Below are positions 1 through 10,236 of a stretch of 32,000 bases of DNA, piece after piece. Position 1 is the first letter of the stretch; each line of letters begins with the position of its first letter. The position numbers were made by a program, and so were the translations under genes. The notes under the pieces were generated by a model that worked only from the letters and a program-made list of their open reading frames with translations, searched no databases and was not told the DNA's origin. The stretch lies in assembly GCA_963706795.1 (NCBI GenBank), contig OY970170.1, positions 180,001 through 212,000 of the forward strand, written 5' to 3'. This stretch comes from Candidatus Saccharimonadota bacterium. GTDB lineage: Bacteria > Patescibacteriota > Gracilibacteria > BD1-5 > UBA2023.

Positions 1-1038
1 GGAGAGACTCGTCTCGAAGTCGAGACTTACGTAGTCGTCACGGATGACAGAGAGTACTTCGAGGAGATATGTTGCATTGAGACCGACGGTCGTGTCTTCT
101 CATTCGATCGATGCAGGAATCGTGATACGTCCTGCTCCGATCTCGGTATCACCAGTAAAGAGCTCAATACCGGACTCAGCACGGAATGCCATGCGGGTAT
201 TGTAGTTATTTTCGCGAGTGATGAGATTCATCCGCTTGAGACCTTGGATAAGATCAGTGCGGAGGATGACACCCTTGGTCGAATATCCCTTTGGGAAAAA
301 GTTACGATAGTCTGGGAAGTGTCCGTTGAGGAGACGAGAATAGACTTTGATATTGCCAAATACTACGAGGAGCTGATTTTCGCTCGCATAGAGTTCGGCA
401 TCACCGGATTCTGGTAGGATGCGTGCAAGCTCCATCGCAGTCTTGGATGGGATGATGATCGAGAGTGGTGGATGATTGATCTCAGCCTTGAGAACGTATT
501 CAGAGAGACGGAAGCTGTCAGTTGAGGCAAATACTATTCCGTCCTCTCGGATTTGGAGACAGATACCGGCGAGGGTTGGCCGGATGTTTCCTTCAGCTGT
601 GGAGAAAATCGTGCGTTCGATCGAGCGCTTAAGAGAAGCAGCTGGGATACGAAGTGGCTCATTTACCTGAAATCCTGGGATAACTGGAAATTTTGAAGCT
701 TCGATTCCTTTTACTTTAGTGAGTGATGTAGGCGTAGTGAACTCAAGAGATCCGCCATCGACGAGAGCAACGCTGATGCGATCATCTGATACCAGCGAGA
801 GAAATGATGAGATAAATCTCGAAGATACCGTAAAGCTTCATTCTGATGCGATTTCGATTTTGTCATCGAGCACATATTCGATTGCCATTTCGAGATTGTT
901 CGCCGTCAAAATCGCTTTTTTGTAAGCGACAGTGAGAAGAATATTCTCAAGAATTGGTGTCATGCCGCCAGAAGAACTAGCGTGGCTCACGATATCAATT
1001 CCCGATTTGAGAATCGAGGTATCTGTTGTAAATCGCAT
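1..1038 (-). CDS. dnaN: DNA polymerase III beta subunit (sliding clamp); 3' end lies outside the window
   Basis: ORF pieces 838..1038 and 100..435 share one frame. I translated 436..837 and 1..99 by hand and found no TAA/TAG. The only interruptions are TGA at 838-840 and 100-102. The sequence is typical of a beta clamp (MRFTTDTSILKSGIDIV..., ...ASTDSFRLSEYVL..., ...GLNATYLLEVL...). Confidence 0.9.
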
Positions 1039-1166
1039 ATGCTCAGGAAAACGCGAGAAGTATGGGCAAAATCTACAAAAAACGAGCCGAAAAGCAAGGA
1101 GGAATTATTTTTTTGTATTTCTGAGAAATGTGCCTATAGTTCAGGAAAACATTCCCCATTACCGCT

Positions 1167-1640
1167 ATGAATCGAATCTTTGAAAAAAGTTCTGGCGGCA
1201 TCGTCTATCGAAAACGAAATGGCAATATCGATGTCCTCCTTCTGGAGCGCAAAAACGGCAAAGGCGACCGAGAATATGTCCTCCCAAAAGGACGCATGGA
1301 AGAAGCTGAAACCGCCAAAGACACCGCCCTTCGTGAAATCGGTGAAGAGACCTGACTCGAGCTCGAATACCTCGAAATCGTCAAATTCATGACCAAAATC
1401 AATTACAGTTTCATTGCGACACATAAGGACGGCAATCCTGTAGTTGATAAGGACGTCTATCTCTTCCTCGTTCGATATACAGGCTCCAAAGAACCCACTC
1501 CGTTCGGTATGAACGACCCGACGATTACGACTGGTGAACGCTTCAGCTGAGCCAAATGGCTCTCGCTCGATGCGCTGGCAAAAGTCCACGTAAAACCCGA
1601 CATCCTCTCTTTCGTCCGAAAAAATATCCAATACATGTAA
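1167..1640 (+). CDS. Nudix hydrolase
   Basis: Nudix box GRMEEAETAKDTALREIGEET-[TGA]-L, with the invariant box glycine encoded by TGA 1353-1355. A second in-frame TGA lies at 1548-1550. The gene ends at TAA 1638-1640 (157 aa). Confidence 0.85.
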
Positions 1641-1645
1641 ATTTT

Positions 1646-2104
1646 ATGGAAATCATCGAACAAAATTCACACATCGAAATTGCATCTGAAAAGAAAATCA
1701 TCGTCCTTGAAGGTCAGACTATTAACGTAGATGGACTCAAGATCGACTTTCCTGGTGAATATGAGAAATCAGGATTTCTCATTCATGCGATCGAAATCGG
1801 CGAATCTCTCGTCTATGAACTCCGCATCGAAGGTAAGGTTATCGCCTATCTTTCAGAAACTGTAAAAGAAACCAGCGAAGAACTCAGCGGATTTTTTCAA
1901 AATCTCGATATCCTCGTACTTGCAGGATCCAAGGAATCTACCAAGATATCAGAATTCCTCGATGCCCGCATCGTCGTAGCTTACGGAGAAGGAAAAGAAA
2001 TCTTCCTCACGACATTTGGTCAGGCTATCGAGGCAACTGACAAATTTAAGCCAAAAGAAGCTGACTTCGAAGGCGAGAAAACAGTATTCGTTCGCCTCGG
2101 ATAA
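1646..2104 (+). CDS. hypothetical protein (weak resemblance to the C-terminal half of MBL-fold hydrolases; no HxHxDH motif seen)
   Basis: ATG at 1646 inside ORF 1556..2104. The longer form would overlap the Nudix gene. It has a TAA stop followed by a terminator hairpin. Function is not recognisable. Confidence 0.55.
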   Translation: MEIIEQNSHIEIASEKKIIVLEGQTINVDGLKIDFPGEYEKSGFLIHAIEIGESLVYELRIEGKVIAYLSETVKETSEELSGFFQNLDILVLAGSKESTKISEFLDARIVVAYGEGKEIFLTTFGQAIEATDKFKPKEADFEGEKTVFVRLG

Positions 2105-2125
2105 AAGAATCTTAGCAAAACAGTA

Positions 2126-2162
2126 CCCTCCGAAGCTCGCAAGAGCGAAGGAGGGTTTTTTA
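2126..2162. terminator. bidirectional rho-independent terminator between convergent genes
   Basis: CCCTCC...GCTC-GCAA-GAGC...GGAGGG stem with a GNRA loop, followed by T7 on the + strand. The EamA gene stop (2160-2162) abuts it on the - strand. Confidence 0.7.
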
Positions 2163-3065
2163 TGCCCGAAAACCTGAGGTCATGAGGGCTACTCAGAGAA
2201 ATATACAAATGAAGAGTGCTATCTTTTTTAAAACTGCGTCTCTTCACATCCCTTCATATAAAAAGCTGGGATAGATACGATGGATCAAAAATGAAAATCA
2301 GAGCACAAGAAGTGGTTGTGTGGATTCGACACCAGTGACAAAAGTCACCGGCGCAGCGCTGAGAGCAAATATGGCCGTCACAATCCCACCAATAGCAAAA
2401 AATGACTGTATAACAAATGGTCAGAAATTTTCTCTAAAAGTTGGAACACTCTTGATTACATCTTTTCGATATTTTTTGATAAAGAGAAGACTGATAACCA
2501 ACGCAATCGACACGCACTGACTCCAGAAGAAATATGAAATCCAATCGATATCTACTTTCAGAACGTATTTTGTGATAACGTTGTTGAGAGCAAGAACTAC
2601 CGAGCAAATGAGCATGTAAATAAATGCACGATTTATCCGAAACTTCCCATCCACTCGGGCCACGCTCAAGAGGAGCGAGGAAAATATCACAATAAAAAAT
2701 CAGACGTACATCTGAGGTGGAAGTACTTCTCCTACGATGAAAAAAGCCGAAATGGGAATAAGTAATTTCCCAAGACTAAACAGTGCCGCCACGATGGAGG
2801 TATCGACATGTTTGAGTGCCATCGTATAGGGATACAGATACAAAACCTGCACCAATCAACCTAATATAACAATCGGAATTGCTTCTCTCGCTGGAAGATG
2901 AGGAAAACCGAAAAAAAAGATAAATGGAACAAACAAAAAATTGATGATCGTTCCATAAAAAATGATGCTATTTAGGCTGAGTGAGCGAGAAATTTTGCTA
3001 TCGACGATATTACCAAGCCCATCAAACACTGCGGGCAACAGGGCGATAAAAATATAGTAGAGCAT
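2160..3065 (-). CDS. EamA/DMT-family transporter (about 10 TM)
   Basis: ORFs 2856..3065 and 2421..2690 are in one frame. Hand translation of the gaps and tail gives continuous hydrophobic helices. In-frame TGA codons are at 2856, 2700, 2421, 2298, 2244 and 2193. The first TAA in frame is at 2160-2162, right at the terminator (301 aa). Confidence 0.7.
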
Positions 3066-3120
3066 GCGAAAGAATTGCGATCAGTAGATGCAATTGCCTT
3101 GTTTTTGCAAAGAAATATCA

Positions 3121-3157
3121 CAAGAAAAGAAAAATGCACGTCATAGACGTGCATTTT
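3121..3157 (-). terminator. rho-independent terminator of the 115-aa gene
   Basis: Perfect 12-bp stem AAAATGCACGTC / GACGTGCATTTT with a 3-nt loop, followed by a U-rich run on the - strand. Confidence 0.75.
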
Positions 3158-3174
3158 GGTGAAACATGTGGGAT

Positions 3175-3522
3175 TTAGTTTTCGGGATAGAGCTGATAGA
3201 CGGAATTTTGCGTTGCCGCTTCGTAACCATCAACTTTGCCGTTAGTATTCAGGGTTGGACCCGAATAATCTGGGTGACTATGGAGACGGCTTTCTTCATC
3301 AGGATGTGGCTTGTATTCTTTGGGCACCACTGTTTTAAGGGGCGAACTATAGCCAATGAACTCGCTATGCTTTGGATCACTGAGATAGTCTTCTGGGCCG
3401 AATTGAATTTTTTCGCCAAATTGCCATTGTCCAGATTCTTCTGAGAAAGTACTCAGAGTAAAACCTATAAATGCGGCATCTCTAAAAACTAAAAACCATT
3501 TCTGTTGCTTCTGCTGTTTCAA
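3175..3522 (-). CDS. hypothetical protein, 115 aa
   Basis: Complete ORF with a TTG start preceded by AAAGGAG and a 6-nt spacer, TAA stop and its own terminator. No TM segment, signal peptide or recognisable motif. Confidence 0.6.
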   Translation of the reverse strand: MKQQKQQKWFLVFRDAAFIGFTLSTFSEESGQWQFGEKIQFGPEDYLSDPKHSEFIGYSSPLKTVVPKEYKPHPDEESRLHSHPDYSGPTLNTNGKVDGYEAATQNSVYQLYPEN

Positions 3523-3677
3523 AATCTTCTCCTTTTATTAACATTCAATATATTGCAAAGAACATGCGAACGAGAAATATTTGTTCTCATTTGCGATCCA
3601 ACCTTTTGTACCGAGAAGGAGCGAAAAGTCAAAAAGCTTGGGCAATTGGGCAACTCTCATTTTCCTGTGCTTCTGGT

Positions 3678-3705
3678 TTGATTTTATGACTTGATTCCAT
3701 ATACT
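3678..3705 (+). promoter_or_regulatory. candidate sigma70-type promoter of the atpB operon
   Basis: TTGATT, 16 nt, TATACT, about 35 nt upstream of the atpB ATG. Pattern match only. Confidence 0.3.
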
Positions 3706-3739
3706 CTGCGCGTTTTAGGTAAACGACGCTTTCTACTTT

Positions 3740-4558
3740 ATGCAAACACCAGCCAACGAAATCGCGGCGTCTGAAGCTCATATTGGGCCTCATATTCCAT
3801 CACTCAGTGGTGAGTCTCTCGGTATCCATATTGGACCTATCGAAGTGACGACTACTGTGTTTTCAACATGGATTCTCATGGTGGTAGTTTTTGTGGTCGT
3901 CGCAATACTCTACTTTGCAGTGAAGCAAAAGAAATCTCGCATTAAGTCATTTGGTAAGAATTTTGTCCGCCGACTTGATAATGCATTTACAGATCTCATT
4001 GGAGACCGCGAAGTGGCTCGCAAGTTTTTCCCAGTGATTGGCGGATTTTTCGTCTTTATATTTATGGCGAACATGCTTGGTCTCGTGTTCGATTGGATTG
4101 GTCTTGTCTTCCCTCAGACGGTTCACTATCTTCGCCCGATTAACTCTGACCTCTCTACCACACTTATTCTTGGTACAACGGTCGTGTTTATCGCACAGGT
4201 TACAGCCGTACTCTACAAGGGATTTTTAGCACATTTTGGGCATTACCTCTTTAATTTTTCGGGGAAATCGATTGTCGAAAAAATCATCAATGTACCAATT
4301 GGATGGATCCACTTCGTTGGAGAATTCACTCGTGTACTCTCACTCTCGGTTCGACTTTTCTGTAATATTTTCGCCGGAATTGCACTCATCGGTATTATGT
4401 CCTACCTCGGTGGCATGATACATCTCGGATTTGTCGGAGGGATCCTTGTACTCCCCTTTTGGTTCTTTGAAATCTTCGTTGGGTTTTTGCAGGCATTTAT
4501 CTTTATGACGCTTGCTGGAGTCTATCTCAAAGAAGCAGTCACTGTCGAACACCATTAA
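3740..4558 (+). CDS. atpB: F0F1 ATP synthase subunit a
   Basis: 272-aa polytopic protein with the conserved C-terminal helices (...LSLSVRLFCNIFAG...). First gene of the atp gene order. Confidence 0.9.
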   Translation: MQTPANEIAASEAHIGPHIPSLSGESLGIHIGPIEVTTTVFSTWILMVVVFVVVAILYFAVKQKKSRIKSFGKNFVRRLDNAFTDLIGDREVARKFFPVIGGFFVFIFMANMLGLVFDWIGLVFPQTVHYLRPINSDLSTTLILGTTVVFIAQVTAVLYKGFLAHFGHYLFNFSGKSIVEKIINVPIGWIHFVGEFTRVLSLSVRLFCNIFAGIALIGIMSYLGGMIHLGFVGGILVLPFWFFEIFVGFLQAFIFMTLAGVYLKEAVTVEHH

Positions 4559-4629
4559 AGTTTGGACCTTCCTTCGCTTTGGTGCGGGAAGATCCTGATT
4601 TTAACAGGCTTACTTTTAATTTTACATGT

Positions 4630-4839
4630 ATGGAATTTGCTGCTCTCGCTAAGGGTATTGCTCTTATTGGACTTATTGGTCCAGGTCTCGGTATTGGTCT
4701 CATTGGTATGGGTGCAATGCAGGCAATCGGACGAAATCCAGCCGCTGCAAAGGAAGTGTTCACTCCAATGCTCCTTGCTCTCGCTTTCGCCGAACTCCTC
4801 GGTCTCCTCGCATTCCTCTCTCTCTTCCTTATTAAGTAG
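4630..4839 (+). CDS. atpE: F0F1 ATP synthase subunit c
   Basis: Two-helix proteolipid with MQAIGRNP loop and carboxylate helix LAFAELLGLLAF. ATG at 4630 gives the usual size of about 69 aa. The ORF-track start at 4579 is an alternative. Confidence 0.85.
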   Translation: MEFAALAKGIALIGLIGPGLGIGLIGMGAMQAIGRNPAAAKEVFTPMLLALAFAELLGLLAFLSLFLIK

Positions 4840-4841
4840 TC

Positions 4842-5312
4842 ATGCCCGAGCTTATCAATCTCGACGCCCTTCTCATCCAGACGATCAACCTCGCGGTAAT
4901 CGTCTATGTTTTGTATCGCTTCGTTTTTAAGCCCTACCTCATTGTCCTCGACGGTGAAGAAAAAAAGGCGCTCGAAATCGAAAAACTTCACAAAAATGCC
5001 GAATCCCTCAAAGAAAAGGCAAACAAGGATGCTGAGTCTATCGTCGACGAAGCGAAAAAGGATGCCAAAATCATCCGAACTGAGGCTCGTTCTCTCGCCA
5101 AAGAAGAAAGCTCTTCACTCATTGCATCAGCCAATCAAGAGGCAGATGCAATCCGCGCGAAGGGTGAAGCTGACATCGCCCAAGAAAAGGCCTCACTTGA
5201 GAACGAACTCAAGTCAAAGGTGCTTTCTGTGGCTATTAAGCTCAACCAAAAACTCTTTGGTTCTTCTGAAAAGAATACAGAACTCCTTTCAAAGCTTTCA
5301 AAAGATCTCTAG
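4842..5312 (+). CDS. atpF: F0F1 ATP synthase subunit b
   Basis: N-terminal TM helix followed by a long charged Ala/Lys/Glu-rich helix. Position is between atpE and atpH. Confidence 0.85.
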   Translation: MPELINLDALLIQTINLAVIVYVLYRFVFKPYLIVLDGEEKKALEIEKLHKNAESLKEKANKDAESIVDEAKKDAKIIRTEARSLAKEESSSLIASANQEADAIRAKGEADIAQEKASLENELKSKVLSVAIKLNQKLFGSSEKNTELLSKLSKDL

Positions 5313-5315
5313 TAT

Positions 5316-5630
5316 ATGAGCGTAAATATAGCCTCACTCTCACGAACTGAACTCGAAACTCTCGTTAAGGAGCTTCGAGCCTTTCGTTCTGCTCAAAAAA
5401 AGATCGGAAAACGTGCTCATGCGCTCTTTACAGAGACAGCAGGCGCTATCCGAGTAGAGCTCGCTCCTGGAGCAACAGAAGACTCAGTCGCTTCCACTCT
5501 CAAACAGCTCAAGATCGAAAGCAAAGAAGTCACGTATACAACGAATGCACGACTCTCGGGTGGTGCACGTATCTTCGTAGGCGATGACCTCTATGATCTC
5601 ACATTCGAAAACGCTACCGCAAAAATCTAA
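5316..5630 (+). CDS. atpH: F0F1 ATP synthase subunit delta (OSCP), unusually short
   Basis: Position between atpF and atpA. The C-terminal part (...NARLSGGARIFVGDDLYDLTFENA...) matches the delta C-terminal domain. It is only 104 aa. Confidence 0.7.
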   Translation: MSVNIASLSRTELETLVKELRAFRSAQKKIGKRAHALFTETAGAIRVELAPGATEDSVASTLKQLKIESKEVTYTTNARLSGGARIFVGDDLYDLTFENATAKI

Positions 5631-5639
5631 TTCACCACT

Positions 5640-7136
5640 ATGTCACACTCGCTTCTAGATTCACTCATTCAAGATGTCGAAAATCGTATCGATTCGGCTG
5701 ATCTCACTCCTGAGCGCAAAAACGCTGGAGTTGTCGTCTACCTCGGAGACGGTATTGCTCGTGCAGTAGGACTTCGCGAAGTTGCCTACAACGAGGTTGT
5801 TAATTTCGAGTCCGGAGGAGTCGGAGTTGCTCTCAATATCGAAGAACACTCTGTGGGTATCGTTGTACTCTCAGGTTTTGGAACGATCAAAGAAGGTGAC
5901 GTAGTAACTGCGAGCGGAAAGATCATCGAGGTTCCCGTTGGAGAAGCTATGCTCGGACGTATCGTTGATGCACTCGGAAATCCGATCGACGGTCTCGGTG
6001 CAATCAAGGCATCTGACCACTACCCTACTGAGCGTGTTGCCTCAGGAGTTATGAGCCGTAAATCCGTTCACGAACCACTCGCGACCGGTATTAAGGCGAT
6101 CGACGCACTCGTACCTATCGGACGAGGACAGCGAGAACTTATCATTGGTGACCGCCAGACTGGTAAGACTCAGGTTGCCATCGACACGATCCTCAATCAA
6201 AAGGGTCAGAATGTAAAATGTGTCTACGTTGCCATCGGACAAAAGGACTCAAAGGTTATTGCCATTGCCGAAGAACTCAAAAAGGCAGGCGCTATGGAAT
6301 ACACGACAATCGTTACAGCTGGCGCTTCTGCTCCTGCATCTATGCAGTGGCTCGCACCGTATACGGGTTGTGCGATTGCTGAGTATTTTATGTTTAAGGG
6401 AGAACACGCACTCATCATCTACGATGATCTCTCAAAGCACGCCAACGCTTACCGCGAAATGTCGCTCCTCCTTCGCCGTCCACCAGGCCGCGAAGCCTAT
6501 CCTGGAGACGTATTCTACCTCCACTCTCGTCTCCTCGAGCGAGCAGCAAAGCTCAATGACGAGCTCGGAGCAGGATCGATTACAGCACTTCCAATTATCG
6601 AAACTCAGGGTGGTGACATCGCTGCGTACGTTCCAACGAACGTAATCTCGATTACTGACGGACAAATCTTCCTCGAGTCTGGACTCTTCAATGCTGGTAT
6701 TAAGCCTGCCATCAATGTCGGAAATTCAGTTTCTCGTGTCGGAGGTTCTGCTCAAACGAAGGCGATGAAGCGCGTAGCTGGAACTCTCAAACTCGATCTC
6801 GCACAGTTCCGAGAACTCGAAGCATTCTCTCAGTTTGCCTCAGACCTCGATGCAGATACTCGCAAGCAGCTCGAGCGCGGAAAGCGCATGGTAGAAATCC
6901 TCAAGCAGGATGTGTATTCTCCAGTTGCTTTCGACAAGCAGGTTGCTCTCATTTTTGCAGCCGCAAACGGATACCTCGACAAGCTCGATGTATCTGAAAT
7001 CAAGGCCTTCGAAAAGGATCTCTACCTTGCACTCGACAAAGAAAATTCTACACTAGAAGCAATTCGTACTTCAAAGGATTTGAACGACGAATCAAAAGAA
7101 GGTCTTAAAAAGATCTTGGAGAAGCTTGCTAAATAG
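5640..7136 (+). CDS. atpA: F0F1 ATP synthase subunit alpha
   Basis: 498 aa. Walker A GDRQTGKT, and alpha-typical sequence throughout. No in-frame TGA. Confidence 0.97.
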   Translation: MSHSLLDSLIQDVENRIDSADLTPERKNAGVVVYLGDGIARAVGLREVAYNEVVNFESGGVGVALNIEEHSVGIVVLSGFGTIKEGDVVTASGKIIEVPVGEAMLGRIVDALGNPIDGLGAIKASDHYPTERVASGVMSRKSVHEPLATGIKAIDALVPIGRGQRELIIGDRQTGKTQVAIDTILNQKGQNVKCVYVAIGQKDSKVIAIAEELKKAGAMEYTTIVTAGASAPASMQWLAPYTGCAIAEYFMFKGEHALIIYDDLSKHANAYREMSLLLRRPPGREAYPGDVFYLHSRLLERAAKLNDELGAGSITALPIIETQGGDIAAYVPTNVISITDGQIFLESGLFNAGIKPAINVGNSVSRVGGSAQTKAMKRVAGTLKLDLAQFRELEAFSQFASDLDADTRKQLERGKRMVEILKQDVYSPVAFDKQVALIFAAANGYLDKLDVSEIKAFEKDLYLALDKENSTLEAIRTSKDLNDESKEGLKKILEKLAK

Positions 7137-7142
7137 CGGTAT

Positions 7143-8024
7143 ATGAAAAATACTAGTGCATCTGGATCTGCATCAGTCTACGGAAAAACTAAAGGACCTG
7201 AAACTCCTGTAGTAAATGTTGCCACAGTGACGAAGACAAGTATGTCTGCAGCGGATTTCGATGCTAAAACACAAGCCGAAGCATTAGAACGACTGCGATC
7301 ATCCAAAAAAATTGACCCAGGAAGTACGCTTGTGCGACGCACTGATGACGCTTTTGTGTCATGAGCACTTGCAGAAGAGGAGGGTGAATATGGAAGTATC
7401 GTCACAGGGAAATTCTTTGAATCTTCTTGGTGGTACGAAAATGTATTCGCCCACGAATTCAATCATATGGGAGGAAATCTCAAAAATGCAGATAATCAAA
7501 TCTACCGACTCGTTGGATTTATTGTTCGCGCAACAAAATGAGAAATACATGAGGATGATCTCATTGAACAGGCACAACTCAGCACACAGGAGGTCTACCG
7601 AAAAACAGCAAAAAAACGAGAATCTTCTATCCGAGAAATCAGTCTGATTGAAGAAATAGATGACATTTTCACTGAACTCGAAGTAGCAATTAGAACTCGA
7701 ATAAACGATACATTTTCCTCGAGTCTTGCAACTATTGATAAGGCAATCGTTACCCCAGGAACCAACGCAAGTCTTGAGAATAAACAGCAAATAGAATCGC
7801 TTCGCCATGAATTCGGAGGCTATCTCACGAATAAAGATGTGGCACGTGGATATAATCCTGTTGCTCAGAATTATCAAAAATTCAGGCAGGCAATGATCGA
7901 AATCCGCAAGTCAGCTGCCAGTTTCGAAGAAACTCTCAAGCCGAAGGGAGTCAGAGCACTCGTAGAATCGATGAAAAATGCAGCACTTTCACTCCTGGAT
8001 ACCTTCCACATTAAACACAAGTAA
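7143..8024 (+). CDS. hypothetical protein embedded in the atp operon (293 aa)
   Basis: ORFs 7143..7364 and 7839..8024 are in one frame. Hand translation of 7365..7838 shows only two TGA (7362, 7539) and no TAA/TAG. It starts 6 nt after the atpA stop. Its TAA (8022-8024) directly abuts the atpG ATG. No TM segment and no recognisable motif. Confidence 0.7.
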
Positions 8025-8903
8025 ATGGCAACCTGAAAAGAAATCAAAGCTCGAATCAAGTCCGTAAAGAACACTGGGAAAATCACCAAAGCGATGGAGC
8101 TCATCTCCACCGTCAAGATGAAAAAGGCTCAGGATCTTGCTGTGCACGCACGTCCGCTCTCACTCGAGGCTGCGCGTATTTTTGCACACCTTGATCTTGC
8201 GTCTGCGTCTCCTACTTCTTTTGGACGCGAACTCGTTCTCGTGATTTCTTCGAATAAGGGACTCTGTGGTGGATATAATGTAAATATTTTCAAGGAACTT
8301 GCTCGTCTCGTCCGTGAGAATCCAAATACAAAATTTGATTTTGTAACTGCCGGAAAGCGAGCTCGTGACTTTGTAGTCCGCACTGGAAACACCCTCGCTT
8401 CGGATTTTTCGGAAGTTATCAAGGACACAATTGCTCCTGCGGATTCTAAGGTAGTGAGTAGATTTCTTCAGACAACGTTTAAAGAAGGGTCTTACGACCG
8501 TGTTCGCATCATCTATTCGCACTATATTTCTGCGATTAATCAGCGATCAATCACCAAGGTACTCTTCCCTCTCTCAAAGGCAGAAATCCTCGAATTTTTT
8601 GCTTCACTCGGACTCGATCCACAGACAACTGACTCTTCGAACGAATTCGAATACGAGCCATCAAAAGAAGTCATCATTGCAGAGATTCTCCCACTTATCT
8701 ACGATCTTATCGTACACGAAGCTCTTCTCGAAGCCAAGGCAAGCGAACATGCATCTCGCATGATAGCCATGAAAAATGCTAAGGACTCAGCAAGCAAAAA
8801 AGTTAAACTTCTTACTCTCACCTTCAACAAGGCTCGCCAGGCTGCGATTACTAAGGAAGTGTCTGAAATCGTAAGCGGAGTCGAGAGTATGAAAGATAAT
8901 TAG
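8025..8903 (+). CDS. atpG: F0F1 ATP synthase subunit gamma
   Basis: True N-terminus MAT-[TGA=G]-KEIKARIKSVKNTGKITKAMELISTVKMKKAQ matches the canonical gamma N-terminus. The ORF-track start at 8094 is internal. Confidence 0.93.
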
Positions 8904-8909
8904 TCTCTC

Positions 8910-9323
8910 ATGACTAAACTCATCGTCTATTCTGATGGCGGCGCTCGTGGCAATCCAGGACCCGCGGGACTGGGAGTCTACATTTGCACTCCAGAGCACA
9001 CTCCGGTCGAAAGACGCTACAAATATCTCGGCGAAACTACTAATAATGTAGCCGAATATTCTGGTGCACTCCTCGGTATCGAACGCGCTATCGCGCTTGG
9101 CGCTACCGAGATCGAGCTTCGAGCGGATTCCAAGCTCGTAATCGAGCAACTCAAAGGCAATTACAAAGTCAAAAACCCTGGCCTCAAAGAGATCCACTCT
9201 GAGATCTCCAAAAAGCTCGCAGGGTTTACAGGACAGATCGAGTTCGTACATGTACCACGAGAAAAAAACAAAGAAGCTGATCGTCTCAGTAATGTCGCAA
9301 TGGACGAAGGAATGATGCGATAA
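8910..9323 (+). CDS. rnhA: ribonuclease HI
   Basis: 137 aa. DGGARGNPGPAGLG, ...TNNVAEY..., ...REKNKEADRLSN... are type 1 RNase H motifs. TAA stop followed by a terminator. Confidence 0.85.
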   Translation: MTKLIVYSDGGARGNPGPAGLGVYICTPEHTPVERRYKYLGETTNNVAEYSGALLGIERAIALGATEIELRADSKLVIEQLKGNYKVKNPGLKEIHSEISKKLAGFTGQIEFVHVPREKNKEADRLSNVAMDEGMMR

Positions 9324-10176
9324 AAAAATTCCCCGACTTGTCGGGGAATTTTAAAAGGTGTTGAGCTCAATAGCTAAAAAGACCGATCTTGTGATACAAG
9401 AAATCTTTCAGCGTATCTGCCAAACTTATATGTGCGTCATAAGAAACTGCATTGGATTCAAGATGCTGCCTGGCCGCACGACGGATGAGGTATTCATCGT
9501 GCGTGAGCTGAGCCTTAACGAATTCATCCGGCAGCCTATGAAGCCTGCGCAGGATGAGAAGCAACAATTCTGGTTCAACGTCTGAATACGTCTTTTCTGC
9601 CCACTCTGCTGCTACTTTGAGGAGTTTGTTTCTGTCCTCATCGTGATCATGATGCTTGATAAGGTACTGTTGACATTGGTCTATCAGCTTGAGACGGACA
9701 TCTGATGGACAATTCGGATGATGGAGAAATGCTGACGGAAAGAGCTTTTCCTTGTCAATTCGTCTGCCATCGCGCTGGTAGAGATTTTCGACTAACTGAG
9801 TACTGATATTTTTGTTTGTCAGCAATCTTTCGTCAACAACCACTTCATTCCAGCTGAAGACCGCTTGTTCAAGATCAATGGATTGATGAGCCATTTTTGC
9901 CAATGCTTTTACATATGACAGTGGCATTTTTGCATCCGTATTTTGTGGCGTCGCCAACCAAGCCAATAGATCAACTGGCGTACGTGGATTATGGATGATC
10001 GCGAACCAGATGTTTTCTGATTGTTGATTTTTTGCCAGACTCCAGAGCACAGCAATCGAAACTTCTTTTTCGGCAAGCAATCGAGATTGCTCACTGAAGT
10101 GTTGCGTATTTGCTACCTCTTGTGCAAATTGCACAAAATCGAGCTCTTCATGGGTAACATTCGGTGATGCCTTCAT
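9226..10176 (-). CDS. alpha-solenoid (LRV/HEAT-like) repeat protein, paralog 1, function unknown
   Basis: AAAGGAG lies 6 nt upstream of the ATG at 10176. The 269-codon body (9370..10176) has no TGA. IIHNPRTPVDLLAWLA and YLIRRAARQHL resemble leucine-rich-variant/HEAT repeats. The body ends at TGA 9367-9369. Under table 25 the frame runs on through the hairpin to TAA 9226-9228, overlapping the rnhA 3' end. The 3' limit is therefore uncertain. Confidence 0.65.
9324..9353. terminator. bidirectional rho-independent terminator
   Basis: A7-TTCCCCGAC-TT-GTCGGGGAA-T4. It closes the atpB..rnhA unit on the + strand and lies about 20 nt after TGA 9367-9369 of the - strand gene. Confidence 0.8.
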
Positions 10177-10236
10177 ATACTTCTCCTTTGTGTTTGTTTG
10201 TTTTGTGCCTACAGTTATTTTATAACCACAGTACCC

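Noticed and set aside
1039-1166. Possible replication origin or DnaA boxes next to dnaN.
   Set aside because: There is no TTATCCACA-like box on either strand in the dnaN upstream region, and the upstream neighbour is a divergent Nudix gene rather than dnaA.
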